Under the pieces are notes generated by a model, which had not been told where the DNA came from, did not search any database, and saw only the letters and a program-made list of their open reading frames with translations. Below are positions 31,590-40,085 of a stretch of DNA of 40,085 nt, piece by piece; the first letter of the stretch is position 1, and every line of letters starts with the position of its first letter. This DNA comes from a virus (Duplodnaviria; Caudoviricetes). Where the stretch lies: the IMG/VR virus record IMGVR_UViG_3300020151_000179, positions 1 through 40,085 of that record; one strand, given 5' to 3'. Both the position numbers and the translations under genes were made by a program.

Positions 31590-32183
31590 TTACATCCCCT
31601 TAATCTTGGCGACAAATGCTTGGTAATGCGATGTCGCACGGGCGGTATTCGAGTGTTCGTCGTCTTTGCTCTCTGCGCGGTAGATCACGTAGTCTGCCAG
31701 CGCTGGCTCGTACGAAGCAGGTATTTCGGTTATCGAGTCGGTAAGTGCAAGCGCAAGCGGTATCGCTGTATACACCACATCCACTGTTTGCGGCGTGGCG
31801 GGGGCTTTTGGATAGATAAAGAACCGCAGCGGATCGCTAGGCAACCTAGCCCACTGCTCTACGTCTCCGGCCGTGTCCGTGCGCCACCCGGGGTTGAAGC
31901 GATCCATGACTGACATATCAAATTCCGTCAACGCCGCCCCCCCGTGGATAGACAGTACGCTAACTAAGTTTTGCACGGCAGGAAAGGTAAGTAGGTGTTC
32001 TACCGCACCGGGGGTACACGTTACGTCGCCGATTGCGCGAAACAAGTCCGGGCGCAAAGAAGACACCTCTTGCATGCCAGCGTTAACGTATATCAGAAGG
32101 TCGGCGCTACTCTGCCGGTAGGTGGCCGACTCGGTGTCGTTGATCACCCCCCGAGCAAAATCAATGACAGATTGTGGAGTCAT
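31590..32183 (-). CDS. Head-tail adaptor / tail tubular protein A-like
   Basis: 197 aa; helical N-terminus (LLIYVNAGMQEV..RPD), FFIYP, ALADYVIYRA pattern; position in the structural module. Confidence 0.65.
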   Translation of the reverse strand: MTPQSVIDFARGVINDTESATYRQSSADLLIYVNAGMQEVSSLRPDLFRAIGDVTCTPGAVEHLLTFPAVQNLVSVLSIHGGAALTEFDMSVMDRFNPGWRTDTAGDVEQWARLPSDPLRFFIYPKAPATPQTVDVVYTAIPLALALTDSITEIPASYEPALADYVIYRAESKDDEHSNTARATSHYQAFVAKIKGM

Positions 32184-32845
32184 GCGTGCCTCTGGACTGT
32201 CGCATTCGCAGTCGTTCTGGTAATCGTCAACGCTGCCGCCCCATGCAACACAGCACCGACGCTGGAGGCGTGTCGGGTAACAACCGAGGACCCAGACGCC
32301 AACAGGGTGTCGCCTAGGGCATTCGTAGCGCCCGCTCCGGATATGGTAACCACGCCGGTTCCGGAACTAATGTCCGCCGCCGAATAGAGCAGACTACTAG
32401 CAGCCCACGAGGCCGCACCGGCGGCAGATACCGTATTTGCGCCCTGCAGCTGAGCAAAGGCAGCGACAATAGCGACCGTAGCCGCCGAAGAGACTGTATT
32501 ACCCCCCTGCGAAATAGGCGCGGTGGCGACAATACCGACCTTACCAGCCGTCACTACCGTGTTCGCGCCTTGCGACAGCGAGGAGGTGGCAACGACGCCG
32601 ACCGTACCCACGGCCACAACAGTATTTGCGCCCTGCGTCTTAGCAAAGGCAGCGACAATAGCGTTTGTAGCCGCCGAAGAGACCGTGTTCGCACCCTGCG
32701 TAACTGCAACGGTGGCGACAATACCGACCTTACCAGCCGTCACTACCGTGTTCGCGCCTTGCGACAAAGACGCATCAAGGTACCTCCGATCAGCGCCGTT
32801 TATACTCCCGGCGTTAATCCCGTAGCTGTTTACTGCAGCGGTCAT
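32180..32845 (-). CDS. Virion structural protein with six 21-aa QGxNTV repeats
   Basis: Ala/Val/Thr-rich. A 57-bp exact duplication lies at 32521-32577 and 32710-32766. Confidence 0.7.
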   Translation of the reverse strand: MTAAVNSYGINAGSINGADRRYLDASLSQGANTVVTAGKVGIVATVAVTQGANTVSSAATNAIVAAFAKTQGANTVVAVGTVGVVATSSLSQGANTVVTAGKVGIVATAPISQGGNTVSSAATVAIVAAFAQLQGANTVSAAGAASWAASSLLYSAADISSGTGVVTISGAGATNALGDTLLASGSSVVTRHASSVGAVLHGAAALTITRTTANATVQRHA

Positions 32846-33258
32846 GAGTTCGTGGCAGTGATGGCGAAGGTGTTGATGGTCACAACTTGTGCGCTGGCTA
32901 TGCTGGTGTTATCCACCGTCATGTCGCCGCCGCCCGCTGTAATAGTAACCGTACCTTGCAGCACGCCAGTAGTGCCGTCAGACTTCCACAACCGGAAGTG
33001 CGTGCAGGCCGTACCCGACCCGGCTCCAGCGTCCCCCGCACCTGACCATGTGCCGGTTTTGGACATGACGCCGGAAGAGGCAGCGGTAAAGTAGTCGGAG
33101 GGAAGCGTGATCTGGCAAAGCATCGTGCCGGTAATGGAGGCGGCAACGCTGGCGGGTATCGACCCGGAGTACAAGCGGAGGATAGCCGAAGTACCGGCAT
33201 GGGTCTCCAACGCGTCCAGTTGGGCGTTACGTAGATTGACACTGTATTGGAGGGCCAT
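32842..33258 (-). CDS. Small virion structural protein (138 aa, MALQYSVNLRNAQLD...)
   Basis: Start taken as ATG 33258 (AAGGA RBS). LRLYSGSIP and GTACTHFRL motifs; Thr/Gly-rich beta protein. Confidence 0.75.
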   Translation of the reverse strand: MALQYSVNLRNAQLDALETHAGTSAILRLYSGSIPASVAASITGTMLCQITLPSDYFTAASSGVMSKTGTWSGAGDAGAGSGTACTHFRLWKSDGTTGVLQGTVTITAGGGDMTVDNTSIASAQVVTINTFAITATNS

Positions 33259-33268
33259 GGTAGTTCCT

Positions 33269-33910
33269 TTACGCGAAAGGGCGCATCTGTACGTGCGTCG
33301 AAGTATTGGTGCGAGTCTGATTACGTCGAATGATCGCGGCGGAAGCGAATGATTCAAACTGCCGGTTGGACGCCAGCGCCGCGTCGGGATTAGACCACGG
33401 CTTATCCGGCTGCGACTGCAGCCAGTATTTGGCATACTCAGTCACGGCTTCGAGGTAAATGTTGGCCAGTCGATCATCCAAAGTTGCAGCCGCCTTGGTG
33501 GGCATAAACACAACTTTGGCCGTCAGCGTTTCAATGGCCGTCGGAGTCGGGTATAAAACGATTTCCACCGTACTGTCGTCAGTCACAGCGTAAACGGTAG
33601 GAGTTCCGGTCGCGGTCGTTTGCGCGGTGATGTGGTCTACCGAGCGAGCTACAAGGTACTCCGGCGTAATACGAGTCTGGCTAGTAGGGCGGCGAAGGCT
33701 CTCCACCGCAATGATCTCGGTGCCGGTCGCCATAGTAGGGGCGTACGAGTTGTCGGCCACTGCCAAGGTTATGTTTACCTCGATTGTCAAAGCCTGTGTT
33801 TTTTTGCAAAATTCCCGCGCCGCCCGCCGGATGGCGTCGTCCATCACCGGGTTAGGAACCCCGGGGCAGTCTATGTACACCAACGGTCGGAAAGCGGAGA
33901 TCGCGGCCAT
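33269..33910 (-). CDS. Second adaptor / tail tubular protein A-like protein
   Basis: 213 aa; DCPGVP...AIRRAAREFC, IVLYPTP, PDKPWSNP; head-tail region. Confidence 0.65.
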   Translation of the reverse strand: MAAISAFRPLVYIDCPGVPNPVMDDAIRRAAREFCKKTQALTIEVNITLAVADNSYAPTMATGTEIIAVESLRRPTSQTRITPEYLVARSVDHITAQTTATGTPTVYAVTDDSTVEIVLYPTPTAIETLTAKVVFMPTKAAATLDDRLANIYLEAVTEYAKYWLQSQPDKPWSNPDAALASNRQFESFASAAIIRRNQTRTNTSTHVQMRPFA

Positions 33911-33913
33911 AGA

Positions 33914-34207
33914 TTACCCCAACCCCCGCTTTTTCTTCAGCGTCTTGGAAGGCGACAGGTCGGGTAGATCGTCAAGGTTGAGTTCACCGCCCAACTCATT
34001 GCCGATGGCCGAGGCGGCGAACGGCAAGGTTTCTTCCGAGTCAGGTTCAGGCTGCAGCAGAGTTTTACCGTGGGGGGTAACGAACATAACTCCATCTTCT
34101 CCGGTCTCCATGACCGGCCAGAAGTACTGGGCGTCCTTGACCATGAACTCTCTCTTACTATCACTCCACACTCCGGTGGGAAAAAGCTCTTCGGGAGTTT
34201 TCATCAC
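33914..34207 (-). CDS. Hypothetical protein
   Basis: 97 aa, coupled to the upstream gene. Confidence 0.6.
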   Translation of the reverse strand: MMKTPEELFPTGVWSDSKREFMVKDAQYFWPVMETGEDGVMFVTPHGKTLLQPEPDSEETLPFAASAIGNELGGELNLDDLPDLSPSKTLKKKRGLG

Positions 34208-34764
34208 GAAATGGTCACGTCAAGGGATAAGTCAAACCGGTTGACGACGCCGAGAGGAGTCCAAGATCCGAGGCACTGTACGACACCTATAAGAGTGTTG
34301 GGTTGCGCCGACTCGGGGTTACCGGAAGAGGTCGTATAGGGCACGCGGGGGCGGCTACCGTTTGGCATCACGGTTTGGTACCCGGTCGCACCGGCAGTCA
34401 GGGCACCAGCCGGGTTGGTCCACGCGCCATTGGCAAACGTGAATTTGACCACATGTTCACGGAACGCTGCGGCGGTGATAGCCATTGCGGTATTGTCAGC
34501 TGGGTACCCAGCGTCGGCAAACGGAATGCTCGTGACCGGGCGGAAGAGGAGCAGGGCAAAGTCGAGCGCCGTAATCACCAAGTTGCTACTGGCCGGAGTA
34601 ACGACGGCACTACACGCCGTAATCTCCCCCGCGTTTGTAGGCATGTAGAAGGTAAGGGGAACGACCAACGCTGCGGTACCGCTGTTGGCAATAATGTCGC
34701 CGGTAGCATACGCGGTGTTGTCGGCCGGACGGGAAAACGTGCCTGTTACTCGAACGGACGGCAT
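34204..34764 (-). CDS. Probable virion structural protein
   Basis: 186 aa, GGGAG RBS; RPADNTAYATGD motif; beta-rich. Confidence 0.65.
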   Translation of the reverse strand: MPSVRVTGTFSRPADNTAYATGDIIANSGTAALVVPLTFYMPTNAGEITACSAVVTPASSNLVITALDFALLLFRPVTSIPFADAGYPADNTAMAITAAAFREHVVKFTFANGAWTNPAGALTAGATGYQTVMPNGSRPRVPYTTSSGNPESAQPNTLIGVVQCLGSWTPLGVVNRFDLSLDVTIS

Positions 34765-34777
34765 TTAGTAGTCTCCC

Positions 34778-34811
34778 AAAAAAGGACGCGGGCGAGGCCG
34801 AAGCCCCGCCC
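34778..34811 (-). terminator. Probable intrinsic terminator after the capsid and decoration genes
   Basis: On the - strand: GGGCGGGGC-TTCG-GCCTCGCCC hairpin followed by GCGTCC and a T6 tract. Confidence 0.6.
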
Positions 34812-34823
34812 TTTACTTCGTGA

Positions 34824-35189
34824 TTACGACTGCTTGGCGATCAGGTTATCCGCCACCCACGTCAAGCCATCCGTGCCGACCTGAACAAACGTCGCACCGG
34901 TCAGGGTAGCAACACCCTTTTCCGAATCCGCCGAACCGCCGTTGATGGTCGCTCCAGTGTTAGGGAAGACGTCCAGCGTAGCCGCCGAGGTGTTGTACAC
35001 GCGGACTTTTGCGCCCTGCGCCATGCTGGCAGGCAGTTTCATGCTGTCACCGGCGGTTGCACAGACGGAAACAACATTAACGCCCGAGGACAGGATGTTC
35101 GCTGCGGCAGAAGGGTTAGCCCCGCCAGCCAGAGCCGTGAGGCCGGTGGAGTAGCCACCGATTTCCAAAACTATTCCAGAGCTTGCCAT
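34824..35189 (-). CDS. Probable capsid decoration / minor structural protein
   Basis: 121 aa, Ala/Gly/Thr-rich, immediately after the major capsid gene; TAAGGAG RBS. Confidence 0.65.
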   Translation of the reverse strand: MASSGIVLEIGGYSTGLTALAGGANPSAAANILSSGVNVVSVCATAGDSMKLPASMAQGAKVRVYNTSAATLDVFPNTGATINGGSADSEKGVATLTGATFVQVGTDGLTWVADNLIAKQS

Positions 35190-35216
35190 GATGAATCTCC
35201 TTAAATTAGGTTTAGT

Positions 35217-35238
35217 GGGCCGAGGTTACCCCCGGCCC
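35217..35238 (-). promoter_or_regulatory. GC-rich hairpin after the major capsid gene (mRNA stability / partial terminator)
   Basis: GGGCCGGGG-GTAA-CCTCGGCCC on the - strand; no U-tract. Confidence 0.45.
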
Positions 35239-35245
35239 GAGTGCA

Positions 35246-36298
35246 TTACTTAACGACGCCGAAGGCGAGGGCTTCAGGCTTCACGACCTTGCGGCCGTAC
35301 ACCGACAGGCCACGAATGAAGTCACCGAAGTCCGAGGGGTTGCGAACCTGCTCCGTCTTGTTCACCTGCGCGGCGAAGCTGATTGCATCCTTGTGCCCGG
35401 CGATGACGCAGCGGCGAACGTCAGCGCTGGCCATCGTGCCGCCGGTCGACGTTGCCGCCGAACCAGTGACCCAACCTTTGCTGGTCGTACCACGCGGCAG
35501 CATGTTGCTGACGTAGACCGTGAAGCGGTCGATCATGCCGATCTTGCCAGTACGGACGATGCTGGAGGTGTCTCCGGTAAAGTACGCTTGCGCAAGGTTG
35601 GTCGACATCAGGATCTGCCGGTCGTACGGGCTCATCAGGAGGAAGCGCCCCGATTCAGGCACGTTCTGCTCGTCCAGCACCGCGCCCATGTTCAGGATCA
35701 GCGTGAGCAGGTTGGCGGCAGTCGTCGTCACCGCGATGGGCGTGATGTCGGTCCCAAGGCTTAGCACCGACGATTTCGCACCGGCGGTAGCGCCTTGGTT
35801 CGCGGCCGCGCAGCCACGCGTGCTAGACGCCGTGGTGCTGGCGGTGTTCTTGTCCGTTCCCGAAGTGTCACCAGCGGTCGTGCAGAACATGCTGAAGAAC
35901 ACTTCTTCGGTAATGGACAGCTTGAGTTGCTTAGAAGCGTCGTCCATGTACATGTTCAGGAGGTTCATGTCGGACTGCGCTTCCTGCACGTCATTGCACT
36001 GGAACGCAAACGACTTCGCTTTCTCGATCAACATGTCCTGATAGATCGGGGTCGGGACTTCGTACTGCAGGCTCCCGCCAATTACGTAGTCGCTGATCGT
36101 AAGCGTCGGCGCGGTGCGAATTCGCACGGTGTCGCCTTGGTTCTTGATCTCGCCTTCCCAGTTGGTGTTGGTGATTTCGGCAAGCTGGTTGTCAACGTAG
36201 TACTTCGCGTTAAGTTTTTTCGACCAGAGCGTCGGGTTAAACGACGCCGCAATAGTCGGGCTGGTCAGAAAGGGTGATGCAGGGGCCAGAATAGCCAT
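35246..36298 (-). CDS. Major capsid protein (HK97 fold)
   Basis: 350 aa; PTLWSKKL, NWEGEIKNQGDTVRI, LDEQNVPESGRF, GDFIRGLSVYGRKVV; AGGAG RBS; follows the scaffold gene. Confidence 0.92.
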   Translation of the reverse strand: MAILAPASPFLTSPTIAASFNPTLWSKKLNAKYYVDNQLAEITNTNWEGEIKNQGDTVRIRTAPTLTISDYVIGGSLQYEVPTPIYQDMLIEKAKSFAFQCNDVQEAQSDMNLLNMYMDDASKQLKLSITEEVFFSMFCTTAGDTSGTDKNTASTTASSTRGCAAANQGATAGAKSSVLSLGTDITPIAVTTTAANLLTLILNMGAVLDEQNVPESGRFLLMSPYDRQILMSTNLAQAYFTGDTSSIVRTGKIGMIDRFTVYVSNMLPRGTTSKGWVTGSAATSTGGTMASADVRRCVIAGHKDAISFAAQVNKTEQVRNPSDFGDFIRGLSVYGRKVVKPEALAFGVVK

Positions 36299-36347
36299 GG
36301 TAAATCTCCTAGATTAGTGGGTTGGGCTGTTCTGGCTCCACGTTCAG

Positions 36348-37304
36348 CTAGCCGCGCACGCGGCCTTGCATGTACGCATCACTCAGTTCAGCTTCGAGCT
36401 TGGCTGCGTCGTCGTATTTTCCAGCGATGTTCATCTTGCGAACATCGTCGAACAGCTTTGACGCCTGCGCTTCCGTGAAGATTCGCGTACTTGCGGGCGT
36501 TGTGGACTGCGCGGTACTGGTAGTACGAGTCGGCGTGATTTGACGTTCCAATTCGGCTTGACGCTGTTGTCGAGGGTCTGGGGGTGGGGCTTCAGTCGCT
36601 GTGGACTTCAAGTAGAAATCCACCACGTTCTTCAGCTTCACCATATCGCCGTTTTGGTAGACGAACTCAGCGTAGGCGCGGCGAGGCTCACCCGTGTACG
36701 GATCTCTCTCATCCAACCACGCGATCCACTTGGGGTCTACGTTAAGTTGGTCGAAATCAGGGACCGCTTTAGACAGACGGGACTCAAAGGTTACTGAGGA
36801 AACATCCCCCGCAGCCCTACGGACTTCCGTCTCCAACTGGGCAATCTTCGTATCGCGCTGAGCGAGTTCAGCCTTCAACGGGGCCATTACTTCTCTGGCC
36901 ACCCGGCGCTGTACATCGAGCAGGTCTTCACCGTAATCAGTTACGTCTTTCTCGGTTACCAACCTTTCTTCAGCTGCTGTTTCCACCTTGGGGGCGGTCC
37001 TAGCACTCAGTTCGTCAATCTGACGCTGCATCTCTCTGTTTGCAGTGTGCAGACGGGGGACTTCGGCTTGGTATTTACCCTCTAACGTGCGGTACTTCTG
37101 CTCCCACACGTTATCTTGCGGCGGTGCAGCAACTTCAGGGGGCTGATCCGAGAGGATGGGCTCTTCCGGAGGTTGTGCGGCGGTAGATGGGGTATCGGGG
37201 CCCGGTGTCCCTTCGACAGGAACTCCTGCTTGGGGGGCCAGCGTCCGTTCGTACGCTTCCAACTCCTGTAAGTCTCGCTCAACTTGCTTCGGTAGTGCGG
37301 CCAT
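36348..37304 (-). CDS. Capsid scaffolding protein
   Basis: 318 aa; acidic, Pro-rich N-terminus and coiled coils (WEQKYRTLEGKY); directly upstream of the capsid gene. Confidence 0.8.
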   Translation of the reverse strand: MAALPKQVERDLQELEAYERTLAPQAGVPVEGTPGPDTPSTAAQPPEEPILSDQPPEVAAPPQDNVWEQKYRTLEGKYQAEVPRLHTANREMQRQIDELSARTAPKVETAAEERLVTEKDVTDYGEDLLDVQRRVAREVMAPLKAELAQRDTKIAQLETEVRRAAGDVSSVTFESRLSKAVPDFDQLNVDPKWIAWLDERDPYTGEPRRAYAEFVYQNGDMVKLKNVVDFYLKSTATEAPPPDPRQQRQAELERQITPTRTTSTAQSTTPASTRIFTEAQASKLFDDVRKMNIAGKYDDAAKLEAELSDAYMQGRVRG

Positions 37305-37382
37305 CTCAATCTCCTTCGCTCCAACTCCACTCTAGGCTCCGTCTTTACGGTCTGCCCTTCATGTAATGGTCAGCTAGTGGTT

Positions 37383-37622
37383 TCAGGGTTTAATTAACTT
37401 CTCCAACGTAGACCCGGCGTTATCCACCGCGTCTAAAAACTCTATAAGGACACTTGCTCGTCCTTGCAGGCGGACAAACCTGTCCGTATCTGCCTTGACC
37501 AGCGCATCCTTGTGTTCTTCAGCCATGTTGTTAAAGAACTTCAGCAAAGGCTCCATTTCGGGTGATTTCATCCGGTGGAGTGCTGCTGCTGTGGCTTTAT
37601 CCACAGTATTAAATCCGTTCAT
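37383..37622 (-). CDS. Small hypothetical protein preceding the scaffold
   Basis: About 79 aa from ATG 37622; helical, with an RLQGRA motif. Confidence 0.65.
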   Translation of the reverse strand: MNGFNTVDKATAAALHRMKSPEMEPLLKFFNNMAEEHKDALVKADTDRFVRLQGRASVLIEFLDAVDNAGSTLEKLIKP

Positions 37623-37656
37623 GCGAGACGGTACCACACTAAGAAAGTACCGGCAA

Positions 37657-38163
37657 CTATTTGCGGCTAGCGTTGAGCATCACATCTTTTTTACCAGAAT
37701 TTGACGTAGTGCCGAACCAGAAGCTGATGCACCCCGTCCAAGCCGTGCCGAGCGAACCCAGCATAATCATGATCGGGGGGGAGTCCACCACGCTATTGTC
37801 GTGCATCATCCAGCCAAGAATGCCAAAGAACCCTGCAGTGACCATGTAGGTCAGGACAGTCGGCGTGTTGCTCTGAGTACTGATCTGCATCTGACGGGCC
37901 GAGTCCCGGTCTTTGAACTCAAGATCGGCATACCTGAACCCCCGTTCTTTCTCGTCGTTCTGGTATTTGAGTTCCAGTTCCTTCAGGGAAGCAAGCTGAT
38001 CGGACGTGATCTTTCCGTCCTCAAACGCTTTGGTAACCGTGGCCACCGTTGCATTGTCCACACCAACGATCTTACCGATGGCGGCTACGGCTACTCCGCC
38101 CAAAGGCCCAAGCAGGGCGCTTGCGAGGGTTGGGGCCAGAGTCTTCAGTAGATCGCCCATCAC
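37657..38163 (-). CDS. Holin-like protein (3TM / GTA-holin type)
   Basis: N-terminal APTLASALLGPLGG, DRDSARQM, two C-terminal TM helices ending FWFGTT; coupled to the lysozyme gene. Confidence 0.75.
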   Translation of the reverse strand: MMGDLLKTLAPTLASALLGPLGGVAVAAIGKIVGVDNATVATVTKAFEDGKITSDQLASLKELELKYQNDEKERGFRYADLEFKDRDSARQMQISTQSNTPTVLTYMVTAGFFGILGWMMHDNSVVDSPPIMIMLGSLGTAWTGCISFWFGTTSNSGKKDVMLNASRK

Positions 38164-38612
38164 GCGCTCCTTGCAAACATCTCTGCTTCGGCTTCTCTAC
38201 GGGCGGTCAAGCCAGCAAGAGGGGTCAACACTCCATTCACTGTCGCTTTGTCCCACCGCTTAAACTGACCAGCAGCAGCGTCGAAATCACCAGCATTGAG
38301 GTAACGAGCGAGAGTACTGCTACGGAAAGCACCGCATCCAAGATTAAAAATGAAACTGATGCAGGCATCGGCTTCCGACTGACTGAGCGGGATTTGAATT
38401 GCAGAACCAAGGCAGATTTCGGCCGCATGGGCGTCCTTTCGCAAAAGCGCGTCGGCCTCGGGTTCGGTAACGCAAGCGCCCGCGTGAACATCGTCCCCGG
38501 TATGCCCGTAGCCGACCGTCAACTTACCGGCCGGGCAGATGTACGCGGTAAGGCGCAGACCCTCATACTTCTTGATCAACGCCAGACCGTCTTCCGAAAT
38601 GGTGTACTTCAT
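38160..38612 (-). CDS. GH24 lysozyme (endolysin)
   Basis: EGLRLTAYICPAGKLTVGYGHT catalytic E-x8-C-x5-T; FNLG; GLTARREAE. Confidence 0.95.
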   Translation of the reverse strand: MKYTISEDGLALIKKYEGLRLTAYICPAGKLTVGYGHTGDDVHAGACVTEPEADALLRKDAHAAEICLGSAIQIPLSQSEADACISFIFNLGCGAFRSSTLARYLNAGDFDAAAGQFKRWDKATVNGVLTPLAGLTARREAEAEMFARSA

Positions 38613-38631
38613 TTAGACTGGATATCCACAA

Positions 38632-38811
38632 TTATTTCTTACCCTTGTGCATGCCGGGTTCCATTTTCTTTTCCATAGCGGCATAGGCTTTTTTGCCCGG
38701 GGCCATTTTCTTTTCCATAGCTTCCATTTTCATGGATTCACCCTTACCAAAGGGGTTACCTTTGGCTTTATTGGTAGCGGTACGTTGGTTACGCATTGGC
38801 ATAGATTTCAT
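38632..38811 (-). CDS. Small Met/Lys-rich protein (59 aa, MKSMPMRNQR...GMHKGKK)
   Basis: Read manually; GGAG RBS; internal AMEKKM repeat. Confidence 0.6.
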   Translation of the reverse strand: MKSMPMRNQRTATNKAKGNPFGKGESMKMEAMEKKMAPGKKAYAAMEKKMEPGMHKGKK

Positions 38812-38823
38812 AAAAATCTCCGG

Positions 38824-39072
38824 TTAGCACTTCCACGCTCTCAAACTTTTGTTGATACGACTATTGGGGTCATTAGCTGTCTTGGCGGAGGTCAGCTTCT
38901 CCTTCATTCCCGTCATCCTCGCGCAAAAAGAATCGCGCCGGGAGCCGCCTTCGGGTTGGGGCGCTTTCAATCCCGGCTTTCCGGGGTTGGCTGCGTTGTA
39001 GGAAGCCCTACCCTTGGCGTTAAGCCCACCCTTGGGATTCTTGCCTTCCTTACGAGTCCAAGCTTGTGTCAA
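38824..39072 (-). CDS. Small basic phage protein (DUF6321-like)
   Basis: AWTRKEGKNPKGGLNAKGRASY...SFCARM...SLRAWKC; GAGGTG RBS before the TTG start. Confidence 0.75.
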   Translation of the reverse strand: MTQAWTRKEGKNPKGGLNAKGRASYNAANPGKPGLKAPQPEGGSRRDSFCARMTGMKEKLTSAKTANDPNSRINKSLRAWKC

Positions 39073-39113
39073 TTTTTCACCTCACACAGTTTTTGGCTAA
39101 ATCACGCGTATCC

Positions 39114-40085
39114 CTACCCAGTACGCCCGGAAGCGGTGTTTACCATCAAGTTAGACTGCCTACCACCCGCCGGGGCCCCATCTGGGAGCGTGTCAACGGT
39201 CTCCATCTCGGGCGGCATCTGCTGTGCTTGCTGCATTTGCTGCATTTGCTGCATTTGCTGCATTTGCTGCGTTTCCTGAGCAATTTTAGCCTGCAGTTTC
39301 TCGGCCGAGGGCACAATCTTGTCGACGTTCATGTCCAACAGGCGAGCGTGGTCGCGCAGAAGCTCCCCGGTGCCCAACGGACCGACGATAGCCTGTGCTG
39401 TCTGGTTGGTGAGGACGAGTTGGAGGAACTCGGCACGGCGAACGGCGGCGCTTTCCTTGGCCACAAGGGACATTGCCCCCTTGGCGACGATGTTGATGTC
39501 CCCAATCAGGTCAGGATCGGCTGCATATCGGAGGTTGTGCTGGTACAACCGCTGTAAAAGGAGGGTAATGACGTTGTGGTCGATGGAAGAGATGACCGAC
39601 TTGATGGATTTCGACGCGTTACTGATCATCATCGACAGTCCGGAGGCCGTTCTACCTGCTCCGGGTGCCTGTTCGCCGGTCATGTACCGGGGAATGCCGG
39701 AGTATTCGTCCGCTAGGGTCTGAAACTTCTCAAAAACGGCCATCAACTCGTTGGAATTCGACTGCGGTTGGAAAAAATCAAGTGGTTTTGACGCGTCTTG
39801 GTAGTCCGTATTCTGAAACTGCCATATTTTCCACGGGTACATCTGCGTAATGTTCTCCCCGGGGGGCAGGCGACTGACGTTCACGCCTACCTGTGGGCCC
39901 GAACTGATACCCATGTTGTTTGACAACGCTCTAGCAGAAGCATTGCACATGTCTTGGCAGTCACGGATCAGATCACAGACACCGTTGCCCCAAAATGCAC
40001 CGGGAATCTTCTCGTACGACGCGGTGTAGTAGGGCTTTCGGCCCAGCGGGTCATAGTTGAGCACCGCTTTGATGACTATGTTTCC
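39114..40085 (-). CDS. Portal protein, C-terminal part (5' end outside the window)
   Basis: Frame is open to the window edge. FWGNGV.DLIRDCQ, NNMGISSGPQ, ADEYSGIPRY, RTASGLSM motifs; Gln-rich tail. Confidence 0.9.
   Translation of the reverse strand, partial: GNIVIKAVLNYDPLGRKPYYTASYEKIPGAFWGNGVCDLIRDCQDMCNASARALSNNMGISSGPQVGVNVSRLPPGENITQMYPWKIWQFQNTDYQDASKPLDFFQPQSNSNELMAVFEKFQTLADEYSGIPRYMTGEQAPGAGRTASGLSMMISNASKSIKSVISSIDHNVITLLLQRLYQHNLRYAADPDLIGDINIVAKGAMSLVAKESAAVRRAEFLQLVLTNQTAQAIVGPLGTGELLRDHARLLDMNVDKIVPSAEKLQAKIAQETQQMQQMQQMQQMQQAQQMPPEMETVDTLPDGAPAGGRQSNLMVNTASGRTG
39228..39270. repeat. 9-bp tandem repeat (CTGCATTTG x4) encoding (QQM)n in the portal tail
   Basis: Read directly from the sequence. 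Confidence 0.9.

Larger units (their letters stand above)
1..40085. mobile_element. Bacteriophage/prophage genome segment (podovirus-like, convergent replication and morphogenesis arms)
   Basis: Portal, scaffold, capsid, tail, tail fibre, endolysin, DNA polymerase, helicase and primase genes are tightly packed with overlapping start/stop codons. No host housekeeping genes are present. Confidence 0.97.

Noticed and set aside
39228-39270. (QQM)n repeat in the portal as a novel element
   Set aside because: Gln-rich low-complexity C-terminal tails are common in podovirus portals.

Overview
The whole window is part of a tailed dsDNA bacteriophage (or prophage) genome with a podovirus-like gene set and two convergent arms. 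The + strand arm (49-9925) is a replication module: family-A DNA polymerase (Leu762 type), Cas4-like PD-(D/E)XK exonuclease, VRR-NUC nuclease, SNF2 helicase, a probable ssDNA-binding protein and a primase-helicase. The - strand arm (40085-9926) is a morphogenesis and lysis module: portal (truncated by the window edge), GH24 endolysin with a holin-like gene, scaffold, major capsid, adaptor/tail proteins, a repeat tail fibre with an S74 chaperone, a GNAT, ejection-type proteins and an HNH. No terminase, integrase, tRNA or CRISPR is visible. Main points of interest: (1) a 3380-aa polyvalent virion protein whose cargo domains (three HExxH zincins, a GHKL ATPase, SH3-like modules) are separated by a recurring FD[A/S]EAP linker conserved at the DNA level; (2) an Fe-S-type PAPS/APS-reductase-family gene translationally coupled between ejection-protein genes, near a GNAT; (3) a multi-stem leader with alternative loop/Shine-Dalgarno pairings upstream of the primase gene; (4) mirrored 18-aa repeat blocks in an ejection protein. 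All product calls come from motif recognition by eye, not database searches.
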